Source: Cyanobacteriota bacterium | Lineage (GTDB): Bacteria; Cyanobacteriota; Sericytochromatia; UBA7694; JACMQJ01 | Assembly: GCA_038060635.1 (NCBI GenBank) | Contig: JBBTGK010000308.1 | Location: 1-57,424 of the forward strand | DNA length: 57,424 nucleotides | Reading direction: 5' to 3' | Part shown: one piece after another, positions 10,001 to 17,497 of the stretch | Layout: every line of letters starts with the position of its first letter | Position numbering within the stretch: position 1 is the first letter of the stretch | Position numbers and translations under genes: made by a program | The notes under the pieces: generated by a model | Told to the model about the DNA's origin: nothing | Seen by the model: only the letters and a program-made list of their open reading frames with translations | The model's database searches: none

Positions 10001-10956
10001 TTTACTTGTTTTTCTTCTCCTGTTCCAAAATTACCTAATCTAAAAAGCCAAATTCCATCATTATTAACACTTCCAAGAGTTTGCCATGTAATTGCACAAG
10101 AATTATCTGTTCCAACAACTATAGCTGGCTTGGATTGAAATCCATCTGTTTTATAATTTACTCTATATTCATTAGGATAAGAGTCATAAGCTGTTGTATC
10201 TGCATTGAATCTTTTTATAAAAATACCTGAATTATCTCCTGAACCTACTCCTTCCCAAGTAACAATAAAAAAACCAGTATCTTTGTTTATTGCAACAGAT
10301 GGATGTTTTTGATCTCCTTCAGTAGTGTTATTTATTTTAAATACATCACCTACATTATTTCCTGATTTATCAATTTTTCTTCCATAAATTCCCCAACCAG
10401 AACCATCTGTTCCATATTCTTGCCAAACAACTATTGTATTTCCATTTTTATCCATAGCTGATGAGGGGTGCGATTTTCCAAAATAATCATTAATTCCTAG
10501 TTCAAATGCTCCAACAGGTGCAGTTCCATTTGTTACTTCTTCATGTGTTGAAACTATTATTTTATGATATCCTGATTCGGTTGCCTTAAAAAGTATTTTA
10601 CTATCTGTTGTTGTTCCAAAATCATCATTCTCAATATCTGATGTAGAAGTTGTATTACTTGGTTTAAATAATCTTAAATGTGCATTTTTTCCATCTAATT
10701 GAGATAGACTTATTTTATAATATTGCCCAGCATTTGCATAAAATTTGTATATTTTTGATGTCCCACTAAGTGTTACGGTTATTGAATCGCCTTCTGGTGC
10801 TAAACCAGAAAAAATAGCAGTATTTACAGATTTTGTTTTGAAAGATAAAATATCTTTTTTTAGTTTTTCTGTAGGCGTGTTGGTAAGAGGAATACTGCAA
10901 GAAAGAAGTATTAGAGAAAGAAATGTAAGGTATTTTTTATTTTTCATTTTTACCAT
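7072..10956 (-). CDS. Large surface lipoprotein: 2 x (PPC-like domain + ~7 propeller-type repeats) followed by 2 BACON/Ig-like domains
   Basis: Signal peptide plus lipobox 'LSLILLSC'. The PPC-like module is 'YKFYANAGQYYKISLSQLDGKNAHLRLF...GYHKIIVS'. Units of about 55 aa recur, such as 'GDQKHPSVAINKDTGFFIVTWEGVGSGDNSGIFIKRF'. The C-terminal modules read 'NWTAVSEKEWMDITPKSG...GTYNASVKI' and 'SWNIISEQPWLTVDKLSG...GLHNATLTI'. Its start overlaps the upstream gene's stop (ATGGTAA). Confidence 0.85.
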   Translation of the reverse strand: MVKMKNKKYLTFLSLILLSCSIPLTNTPTEKLKKDILSFKTKSVNTAIFSGLAPEGDSITVTLSGTSKIYKFYANAGQYYKISLSQLDGKNAHLRLFKPSNTTSTSDIENDDFGTTTDSKILFKATESGYHKIIVSTHEEVTNGTAPVGAFELGINDYFGKSHPSSAMDKNGNTIVVWQEYGTDGSGWGIYGRKIDKSGNNVGDVFKINNTTEGDQKHPSVAINKDTGFFIVTWEGVGSGDNSGIFIKRFNADTTAYDSYPNEYRVNYKTDGFQSKPAIVVGTDNSCAITWQTLGSVNNDGIWLFRLGNFGTGEEKQVNTSTGGYRINPKIALNQGSTNYGKLFIVWQGEGSGDTEGIFEREFSLINPNESKPEYRLNSNTEGIQSNIDVAMASDGKSVFTWQTNGSVSNNGVFIKYTNENSIAGIGDILLSDTNNDYSFPRVSINQSDGKHNGEFYVAWQGVSSGDETAILQRRGSIKTQSFLNPMYRANFNSEGIHSTPIFSNNATTTNDENLDSLSLNYSQFIEIWNVRGSNNKTDGIYANFSRNSNIPFGLDKIISNPSLISNMNPGIKDPISDSVFSGIAPEGDPITVTLSGTSKLYKFYANVGQYYKISLSQLDGKNAHLRLFKPSNTTSTSDIENDDFGTTTDSKILFKATESGYHKIIVSTHEEVTNGTAPVGAFELGINDYFGKSHPSSAMDKNGNTIVVWQEYGTDGSGWGIYGRKIDKSGNNVGDVFKINNTTEGDQKHPSVAINKDTGFFIVTWEGVGSGDNSGIFIKRFNADTTAYDSYPNEYRVNYKTDGFQSKPAIVVGTDNSCAITWQTLGSVNNDGIWLFRLGNFGTGEEKQVNTSTGGYRINPKIALNQGSTNYGKLFIVWQGEGSGDTEGIFEREFSLINPNESKPEYRLNSNTEGIQSNIDVAMASDGKSVFTWQTNGSVSNNGVFIKYTNENSIAGIGDILLSDTNNDYSFPRVSINQSDGKHNGEFYVAWQGVSSGDETAILQRRGSIKTQSFLNPMYRANFNSEGIHSTPVFSNNATTINDENLDSFDFNYSQFIEVWNVRGSNNKTDGIYANFSRNNNITFGIDKIISNPSSISNINPELDPIIQLSDDSIDFGNITTSSSKNITITNSGGGILNWTAVSEKEWMDITPKSGIGDGSINITVNPTLLSFGTYNASVKISLGNETRDLLVSFTKEEIKNDIDVSKTLIDLGKINQISNSNFNIIKKGSIPVSWNIISEQPWLTVDKLSGNDSSIINIIADPTLLEKGLHNATLTINSSLGQLYVTVTFEKK
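7650..10815 (-). repeat. In-frame tandem duplication, period 1596 bp (532 aa), inside the 1294-aa lipoprotein gene
   Basis: Copy 2 is about 7650-9219 and copy 1 about 9246-10815. 7865-9129 matches 9461-10725 in every line I compared (about 1265 bp), and 425 aa are identical in the ORF track. The edges (7650-7864; 9130-9219) are diverged. The identical 95-aa antisense ORFs at 8057 and 9653 are 1596 bp apart. Confidence 0.95.
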
Positions 10957-12920
10957 GAACCTGAAGCACCACCTGAAGATAAAGTTCTTTCTATAATTAC
11001 TGGACCGACAAAAGTATAATAATTATTACCATTATTTAATTTACCTGTTACAAGCATATAGTATTCTCTAGACCAATCTCTATCATCTTTTATTTTATCA
11101 TCTAATTTTAGTGTTAGATCTTTATAGTAATAGTTTTGCTCTTTTTTTATTGAACCTTGTTCCAAAATTCCTGATGTAACAAATTCTCCATCTCCATTAA
11201 CAAAACCATTCTTACTTTTAGATAAATATAAATTTACATCATTGAAGTTATTATTATCACTACCTTTTGTTTTTTTTATTCTAAATGTAGCAATATTATT
11301 TTCTATTGATTTTACAGATAGTGTTAATTTTATATCATTAGGTAATGATAAAGTTCCTGTTAAAATTGAACTACTACTTCTAGAAGCACTATATTTAGGG
11401 TTAACTGTAGTTATATTTAATATAGATAAAGCTGTATTTGAATCACTTGAAGGGTTTGAGGCTAAAAAAGTTATTTTTTTATTTAAAACTTCATTTAGTT
11501 TTAAAGGAAAACTAAATAATCCATTTTCATTTGCTAAAATATCAATAAAAGAGCCATTTTCATTTGTGAACAAATAATTTGTAGGTGAAATTCTACTATT
11601 TTTAATAGTTGCTCCTGCACAATCAGTTACTTTACCCGTAAAATAGGCTGTTTCTCCTATTGGTATATTAAAATTAAATGACTTAAACATTTTAGAAACA
11701 CCAATACTTTCTTCTGTGACTCCTTTAAAATATGTATTTATATTTCCTTCAAACTTAATTGATCCATCATAGCCACTTATTGCACAAATAATATTTGTAG
11801 GATTTTTTATTTCTAGTATTTTTATAGATATATCACCTAATTTAAATCCTAATGAAAAATCATTATCATTATTAGCTGTATTTTTACAAAAACCTGCGTT
11901 AATAAATACTGATATATCTAAATCTACACAGATTTTAGATTCAATAGCTCCTGTTTCTTTATCAAACCCTATTTCTAAAGTAAAATTTGCAAAACCAGTA
12001 TCAAGACTAGATTGAGATACAACTTCTCTTGTACTTAAATCTATAATAAAGCTTTGCTTGAAATTAGCTAAATTATTTGATATACCTATCTTATTTGATG
12101 TTATTTTATTGGTTAATGGATCTATTGTAATATCAACTAAAATTCCTTTTGTAGTTGGTAAGGATAATGATCCCAAAGAAGCTGCTATAAAAATAACTTC
12201 GTTGTTTGATTTTATTTTAATATCTTTATTAGTTTTAATAGGAAAAAACCATCCTCTTTTAGTTCCATCTACTTCTATAACTTTCCCATTAAATTTTGTA
12301 GGAGCAGGTGGACCATAATAAGTATCAGCTTTTGTTGTATAAACTTTTGAATCATTTATAGTGCTTTCAATTATAACAAGTGAATCATTGGAAGATAGTG
12401 AATTTTGTATTGTTTTTTTATAGTTAAATTTAATTTTTGATGCATCTTGTATACTATTTTTAAGGTGTGTAGATACTAATTTCCAGTTACTTTTACCTGT
12501 TTTTGTATAAATAGAATAAAAAAATGATTTATCTGAGGTTAAATCTATTTCATAACTTGAATTATTTTTAAGATTAGAAATATAAAAAGCTCTTCTGCCT
12601 TCTATTTCTATCATAGAACTTTGTAAATCTTTTCCATTTGCCTTAGTATTAAATGAATTTAGATTTATTTTATTGAAAGTATTTTCTATTTTTTCATTTA
12701 TCTTATCTATTTTATCGGTTTTATCATCATAAACTTGTATATATTGAAAGTTTGTTTTAAAGTTATTATTTTTATTTTCTTTTGATTCTAAAATATCTTT
12801 ATTATTAGTTTTTATTGTGTTTAATTTATCTATTGGGGTACAAGAAAAAAGAAAAAAAAGTATTCCAGTAAAAATAACTAATATTTTAGTATATATATTT
12901 ATATTCTTAAGATATAACAT
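10950..12920 (-). CDS. Lipoprotein of unknown function with a CarboxypepD_reg-like module and a shared C-terminal domain
   Basis: Lipobox 'FFLFSC'. 'GKVTDCAGATIKNSRISPTNYLFTNENGSFIDI' resembles a carboxypeptidase-regulatory-like beta-sandwich. The C-terminal 'EYYMLVTGKLNNGNNYYTFVGPVII' parallels the C-terminus of the 14705-16468 product. Confidence 0.75.
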   Translation of the reverse strand: MLYLKNINIYTKILVIFTGILFFLFSCTPIDKLNTIKTNNKDILESKENKNNNFKTNFQYIQVYDDKTDKIDKINEKIENTFNKINLNSFNTKANGKDLQSSMIEIEGRRAFYISNLKNNSSYEIDLTSDKSFFYSIYTKTGKSNWKLVSTHLKNSIQDASKIKFNYKKTIQNSLSSNDSLVIIESTINDSKVYTTKADTYYGPPAPTKFNGKVIEVDGTKRGWFFPIKTNKDIKIKSNNEVIFIAASLGSLSLPTTKGILVDITIDPLTNKITSNKIGISNNLANFKQSFIIDLSTREVVSQSSLDTGFANFTLEIGFDKETGAIESKICVDLDISVFINAGFCKNTANNDNDFSLGFKLGDISIKILEIKNPTNIICAISGYDGSIKFEGNINTYFKGVTEESIGVSKMFKSFNFNIPIGETAYFTGKVTDCAGATIKNSRISPTNYLFTNENGSFIDILANENGLFSFPLKLNEVLNKKITFLASNPSSDSNTALSILNITTVNPKYSASRSSSSILTGTLSLPNDIKLTLSVKSIENNIATFRIKKTKGSDNNNFNDVNLYLSKSKNGFVNGDGEFVTSGILEQGSIKKEQNYYYKDLTLKLDDKIKDDRDWSREYYMLVTGKLNNGNNYYTFVGPVIIERTLSSGGASGSW

Positions 12921-12934
12921 TAAAATTACCTTTT

Positions 12935-14683
12935 TTATTGAATATCAAATATTTTAAAAGCTGATGTATATGTTTCATATCCATTTTGAGCACTATTACT
13001 TTTTTTCCAAACTACCATAATACTATTATCATCACCTGTTATAATAGGTGATGATATATTATAGTCTTGTGGTTTATCTATTTCTATTGCGTTTCCAACG
13101 GCTTGACCAAGTCTATTATATGCTTTTACATATATACCACGCTCAATTTTTTTGTATATATTACTAGCTCCATAAAAATAAGTATTTTTATCTGGATAAT
13201 AATTTGTTTTCATATATACAAGTATAAAAGAACCATCTCCTCTAACATGTATTTGTGGTTCTGATTCAAAAGATTCAAAACCTGTATTTAAAGAATTATC
13301 ATTTACAGATTCAAGGTCTCTTGGATTACCATTAGAATCATACATTCTAAATCTTATTTCTGAGTAATTATTCCATGCTAAAATAAAATTATTACTTGAA
13401 TCTAAACCAATAGATGGTCTATCTCCAGAACTTCCCATTGTATATTTTCCTACATTTTCACCATTTGGATTAAATTTTTCAACTACTAAAGAACTACTTG
13501 CATTTCTACTACATGTAAAAAAACTACTATCAGAACCCATTGCTATATTTTGGTTACTTGGTGGACTATATAATGATGTTCCTATATATGAACCTTTAGG
13601 CTTTTCTTCTATATACATTTGTACTCCAAGTGTTGCAATAATAAAATCTCCATCACTATTTTTATTAGAAACAATTCTAAAGGAATTATTATCAATAAAC
13701 ATACTACTTTCTGTAATACGTAATTTTGATATTTCATTTAGATTATTATCAAATATTTTTGCTATTGCTTTTAAGGTATAACTTCCATCATTTATATTTC
13801 CTTCCCCTTCGTTATATCCTAGTATGAATCTATTTTTGTACACAGCTAATTTTGGATTAAAGCTATTATATGAGGTTGATAATGTTATTTTTTGAGATAT
13901 TGCAACTCCATTTTTATCTATAATCATTGCATATAATTTATGTTGAATATATTGATTTGTATTTGGATCACGTCCTGAATTATCCTGATCATCTGCCCAA
14001 ATCATAATATAATTACCATTACTAAGCTTGGCTCCTACAGAAGGAGCCTTTCCAGTTCCATAATTACCATATACTTCGGTTTGCCCAAAAGCTTTTAAAT
14101 TAAGAGCATAAGTACTAGGATATTGGGTAATATCCACAGGTACTATTTTTCTAGGCTTAAAAATAGGTTCTATCGGTATAGTTCCAATATTAGCAATATC
14201 TTGTAAAAACATATCTATTTTTACCGAAGAAATATCAGGTGAAACTGCAAACTCTTCAGAACTACCTCTTGATAAAACCTTACCATTTGCATCTTCTAAA
14301 AACAATAAAACCTTAATTAAATCACCCATATTTGAATCAATTTTAAAAGATATCGGCTGTGATGTATTAACTGATAATTTTCTCTCAAAACTTTTACCAA
14401 GTCTCATAACCCTAATTCTTAAAAAAGCATTAGTCGGAAGCCCTATATCTGGTACGGCTTTAGTATTAAAATCGTTGATATTAATAGAATCATTTTTTTT
14501 ACCCAAATCAGACGGTTTTAAAGAAATAACAACAGAACCTTTATTTTTTATATCTGGAAGACTTATAGTAGTATTACCATCAATATTAGCAACTTCTTGA
14601 AAAGTAAAATTATTAGATGAACATGAAACTATAAAACTTACTACTAAAATTGCAGATATTCTCTTAATTAAAACGTTTAGCAT
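12935..14683 (-). CDS. Lipoprotein with propeller-type repeats (paralogous to the repeats in 7072-10956)
   Basis: Lipobox 'FIVSCSSNNF'. Repeat units include 'KAPSVGAKLSNGNYIMIWADDQDNSG', 'DRPSIGLDSSNNFILAWNNYSEIRFRMYDSNGN', 'SEPQIHVRGDGSFILVY' and 'SSPIITGDDNSIMVVWKK'. Confidence 0.75.
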   Translation of the reverse strand: MLNVLIKRISAILVVSFIVSCSSNNFTFQEVANIDGNTTISLPDIKNKGSVVISLKPSDLGKKNDSININDFNTKAVPDIGLPTNAFLRIRVMRLGKSFERKLSVNTSQPISFKIDSNMGDLIKVLLFLEDANGKVLSRGSSEEFAVSPDISSVKIDMFLQDIANIGTIPIEPIFKPRKIVPVDITQYPSTYALNLKAFGQTEVYGNYGTGKAPSVGAKLSNGNYIMIWADDQDNSGRDPNTNQYIQHKLYAMIIDKNGVAISQKITLSTSYNSFNPKLAVYKNRFILGYNEGEGNINDGSYTLKAIAKIFDNNLNEISKLRITESSMFIDNNSFRIVSNKNSDGDFIIATLGVQMYIEEKPKGSYIGTSLYSPPSNQNIAMGSDSSFFTCSRNASSSLVVEKFNPNGENVGKYTMGSSGDRPSIGLDSSNNFILAWNNYSEIRFRMYDSNGNPRDLESVNDNSLNTGFESFESEPQIHVRGDGSFILVYMKTNYYPDKNTYFYGASNIYKKIERGIYVKAYNRLGQAVGNAIEIDKPQDYNISSPIITGDDNSIMVVWKKSNSAQNGYETYTSAFKIFDIQ

Positions 14684-14704
14684 TTCATATTTTCCTTTTT
14701 AATA

Positions 14705-16468
14705 CTAATTTTTTCTAACTGTAATTGGGCCAATCCAATACCAATAAGCTTGGCTTCCTGTTGCATAAATTTCTATTCTTATATAATAATCCTTAGTATT
14801 TTGAGTCCACTCTTTGGTAGAAAGATCTACGCTAAAGGTTTTTGTTTTTTCCCATGAAGTTTGAGAAATACCTTTTATTTCATCTGAAAGTGCAGAAGTA
14901 TTTTCATGCCCACCAACTCTCAAAGATCCTTTTCCTGGTTGTAAAAAACCACCATCTATTTTTGAAACATCTATTGTAAGAATAGTTCCACTTATCACAC
15001 CTGTTATTTTTAAAGGAGATGTATTAAAAGAACTTGCTCCTGTAGTACTAGAAGTATTTAAAAGGGAGTAAGATGTAGCTACAAAACCATTTCTTATAGT
15101 AATATTTCTTGTAAGCGTTTGACTAATTCTTCCATCTCTATCAACTGATTTCATTGATATAGTTTTTATTCCTGCTGTTGAATATCTATGAAAAAGATCT
15201 TGCTCACCACCACCAAGATAATATAATGTTGGTTGAATAGGAGAACCATCACCCCAATCTAAATCAACTTTTACATCTTTATATGGTCTGCTATCACTAG
15301 TAAATTGAAGTAAAAATCTACCATTTTCATTTTTATCAAGTTCTTCAGGACAAGAAATACAAACTGGAGCAGATGGTGCAACCTCAAATGGGGTTATATT
15401 AATTTCTCTAATAATTCTAGAACTTTCTTTGCCAGAATCATCAAAAGTAGAAAATAAGATATTTCTTGTTCCAACAGAGCTATAAGCATGAGAAATATTT
15501 ATATCTCCTTGAGATAAAACATAATCACTAAAAGAATTTGAACTATCTCCCCAATCAATTTTTAACCTAATATTATCTGCTGGTAATCCTAAATCTTTTA
15601 TTCTTACAGACCAATTATTTGTAATTCCAACATTACCTGTAGCAGGGCAAGAAAGACATTCAGGCATTTCGGGTTCTATATTTATGTTGTTATTAGATTC
15701 AACAGGAATATCTTCATTTAAATCGTATAAAGAATTTATATGCTTTTCTACCAGTGTCAAAAATTGAATATTTTCTTGCTCATTTATAACTACATTTGTA
15801 TCTGGTATTGCTCCTGTAGAATCTGGTGTAACAATATGATCAGTTACGGTTGGTTTTTCATAAATTTCTGCTGGAATAGAATAAACAGGATTAGGAGTCG
15901 TTGTTAATATTGGAGTTGGTACTGGAGTAGCTTTTGTTATTTTAGATGAAATAGGAACATCAAAAAACTGTTTATCTGTACCCTCATAGATATTTACAAC
16001 ATTATCTTCATATTCATTTAAAAAATTTACTTCTATTGCATTAGAAACAGGAACTTCTTGTGTATTATTAGGATTTATTTGAAATAAATTTAAATGAGTT
16101 TCTATATTCTGATTAATTAACACAAGATCTGTAGAACCAATAAAAGTTGTTGTTCCATCAATATTTTTCTGAAAAACTTCTATATTTATAGCTTGATCAG
16201 TTTCAGCTTTTATTCTAAATGTATTTTTATTTAAAGAAATTTTTTCTGTTATTGTATGATAATAAATACCATTTTTTTTTGTCTGAATTAAAATCTTAGC
16301 GTTTTCTTTAATATCTGGTAATTTTATATCTGCATAAAATATTTTACTAGAAGGATTTATTTTAGGTAAATTTAGTACATTTTTACTTTCAATTTCTTTC
16401 AATGCAAAATTATTGCTAGAACAAGCATAAAAAGACAAAGATAAAAGCAAAAAAAGTAAAAAACGCAT
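14705..16468 (-). CDS. Lipoprotein with a Pro/Thr linker, two PKD-like domains and a shared C-terminal domain
   Basis: Lipobox 'LSFYACSSNNF'. The linker is 'TKATPVPTPILTTTPNPV'. The PKD signatures are 'KIDWGDSS...HAYSSVGTRNI' and 'DLDWGDGS...HRYSTAGIKTI', each preceded by C-[LI]-S-C-P. The C-terminus is 'DYYIRIEIYATGSQAYWYWIGPITV'. Confidence 0.8.
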   Translation of the reverse strand: MRFLLFLLLSLSFYACSSNNFALKEIESKNVLNLPKINPSSKIFYADIKLPDIKENAKILIQTKKNGIYYHTITEKISLNKNTFRIKAETDQAINIEVFQKNIDGTTTFIGSTDLVLINQNIETHLNLFQINPNNTQEVPVSNAIEVNFLNEYEDNVVNIYEGTDKQFFDVPISSKITKATPVPTPILTTTPNPVYSIPAEIYEKPTVTDHIVTPDSTGAIPDTNVVINEQENIQFLTLVEKHINSLYDLNEDIPVESNNNINIEPEMPECLSCPATGNVGITNNWSVRIKDLGLPADNIRLKIDWGDSSNSFSDYVLSQGDINISHAYSSVGTRNILFSTFDDSGKESSRIIREINITPFEVAPSAPVCISCPEELDKNENGRFLLQFTSDSRPYKDVKVDLDWGDGSPIQPTLYYLGGGEQDLFHRYSTAGIKTISMKSVDRDGRISQTLTRNITIRNGFVATSYSLLNTSSTTGASSFNTSPLKITGVISGTILTIDVSKIDGGFLQPGKGSLRVGGHENTSALSDEIKGISQTSWEKTKTFSVDLSTKEWTQNTKDYYIRIEIYATGSQAYWYWIGPITVRKN

Positions 16469-16627
16469 TTTATTGAATTATAAAACATGGAAAAAATTTT
16501 ACTAATAAAATTATAACAAAGTAAATATTTTTTTACAATCTAAAAACTGGATAAAAATAAAGTAAAATAATTCTTTTATGGTAGAATTAATAGCTTGATA
16601 CAAAAATAATTAAACATAGAGGTAAAA

Positions 16628-17437
16628 ATGTTTTCTAGTATTTATAAAAAAGAACCTTTGAAAATTGAAGATAATATACCATTTTTTTCTAAATCAGATG
16701 AATATACCGATAACTATGAAAAAATTTCAAGCGATCATTTAAAAATTATGGAAAAAGATAATCATAACCCTTTTATGGATGAAGAGTTATGGAATGAAAT
16801 GGAAGATTCTACCATAAGTCTTATAAAAGAATTTTCAAAAAAAGGTGATAAAATACTTGATGTTGGAGTTGGTTTAGGAAGGCTTTTATCAAAAGTAGAT
16901 TTAGAAGATAAATATGGAATGGATATAAGTACTGGATATTTAAAAGTTTATTCTAAAAAAGGAATAAATGTATGCTATTCATTAATAGAAGATATTCCCT
17001 ATAAAGAGAATATGTTTGATATTGTTACCTGCACAGATGTTTTAGAGCATGTTTTAGATCTAAATAATTGCGTTAAAAATATATTATCGGTCTTAAAGCC
17101 AGGCGGATATTTTATACTAAGAGTACCTTACAAAGAAGATTTAGAAGTTTATGTTAATGAGCCAAATTATAAATTTATACATCTTAGAAGTTTTGATGAA
17201 CATTCATTAAGAATATTCTTTGAAAAAATAATTTCTTGTAAATTTATAAAACAATCCAAAATTGGTTATTTAGTTACTAATCATAGAGTAAAATGCCAAG
17301 TTCCATATATTAGAGATGTTATTTATAGAAATTTATTACGATTAAAAAAAAGAAACATAACACAAAATATGTATAAGAAATATTCTAAAATTTTTCTCCA
17401 TGAAGTTGAAATTAATTTTGTTGTTCAAAAAATATAA
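16628..17437 (+). CDS. Class I SAM-dependent methyltransferase
   Basis: Motif I 'ILDVGVGLGRL' and motif post-II/III 'LKPGGYFILRVP'. An AGAGGT Shine-Dalgarno precedes the ATG. Confidence 0.85.
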   Translation: MFSSIYKKEPLKIEDNIPFFSKSDEYTDNYEKISSDHLKIMEKDNHNPFMDEELWNEMEDSTISLIKEFSKKGDKILDVGVGLGRLLSKVDLEDKYGMDISTGYLKVYSKKGINVCYSLIEDIPYKENMFDIVTCTDVLEHVLDLNNCVKNILSVLKPGGYFILRVPYKEDLEVYVNEPNYKFIHLRSFDEHSLRIFFEKIISCKFIKQSKIGYLVTNHRVKCQVPYIRDVIYRNLLRLKKRNITQNMYKKYSKIFLHEVEINFVVQKI

Positions 17438-17497
17438 ATTCATGAATGATAGCCAAATTTTGGTTTGTAGTATTTTTATATAAGTAAAATATTTAAA

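Noticed and set aside
7650-10815. The duplicated block considered as a CRISPR array, a satellite, or a diversity-generating retroelement target/template pair
   Set aside because: The period is 1596 bp, and the repeat is in-frame and coding, so it is not a short repeat/spacer array. No reverse transcriptase is present and no adenine-specific mismatch pattern separates the copies; the differences cluster at the unit edges.
9149-13264. Short ORFs at 9149-9334, 10745-10996, 11242-11577, 12058-12318 and 13067-13264
   Set aside because: All are antisense to the lipoprotein operon genes. They show no Shine-Dalgarno sequence and no recognisable motifs.
7072-16468. The lipoprotein operon considered as a mobile or horizontally inserted island
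   Set aside because: I found no integrase, transposase, flanking tRNA or direct repeats at the borders. By eye the composition is as AT-rich as the neighbouring genes. Insertion cannot be excluded, but nothing in the sequence supports it.
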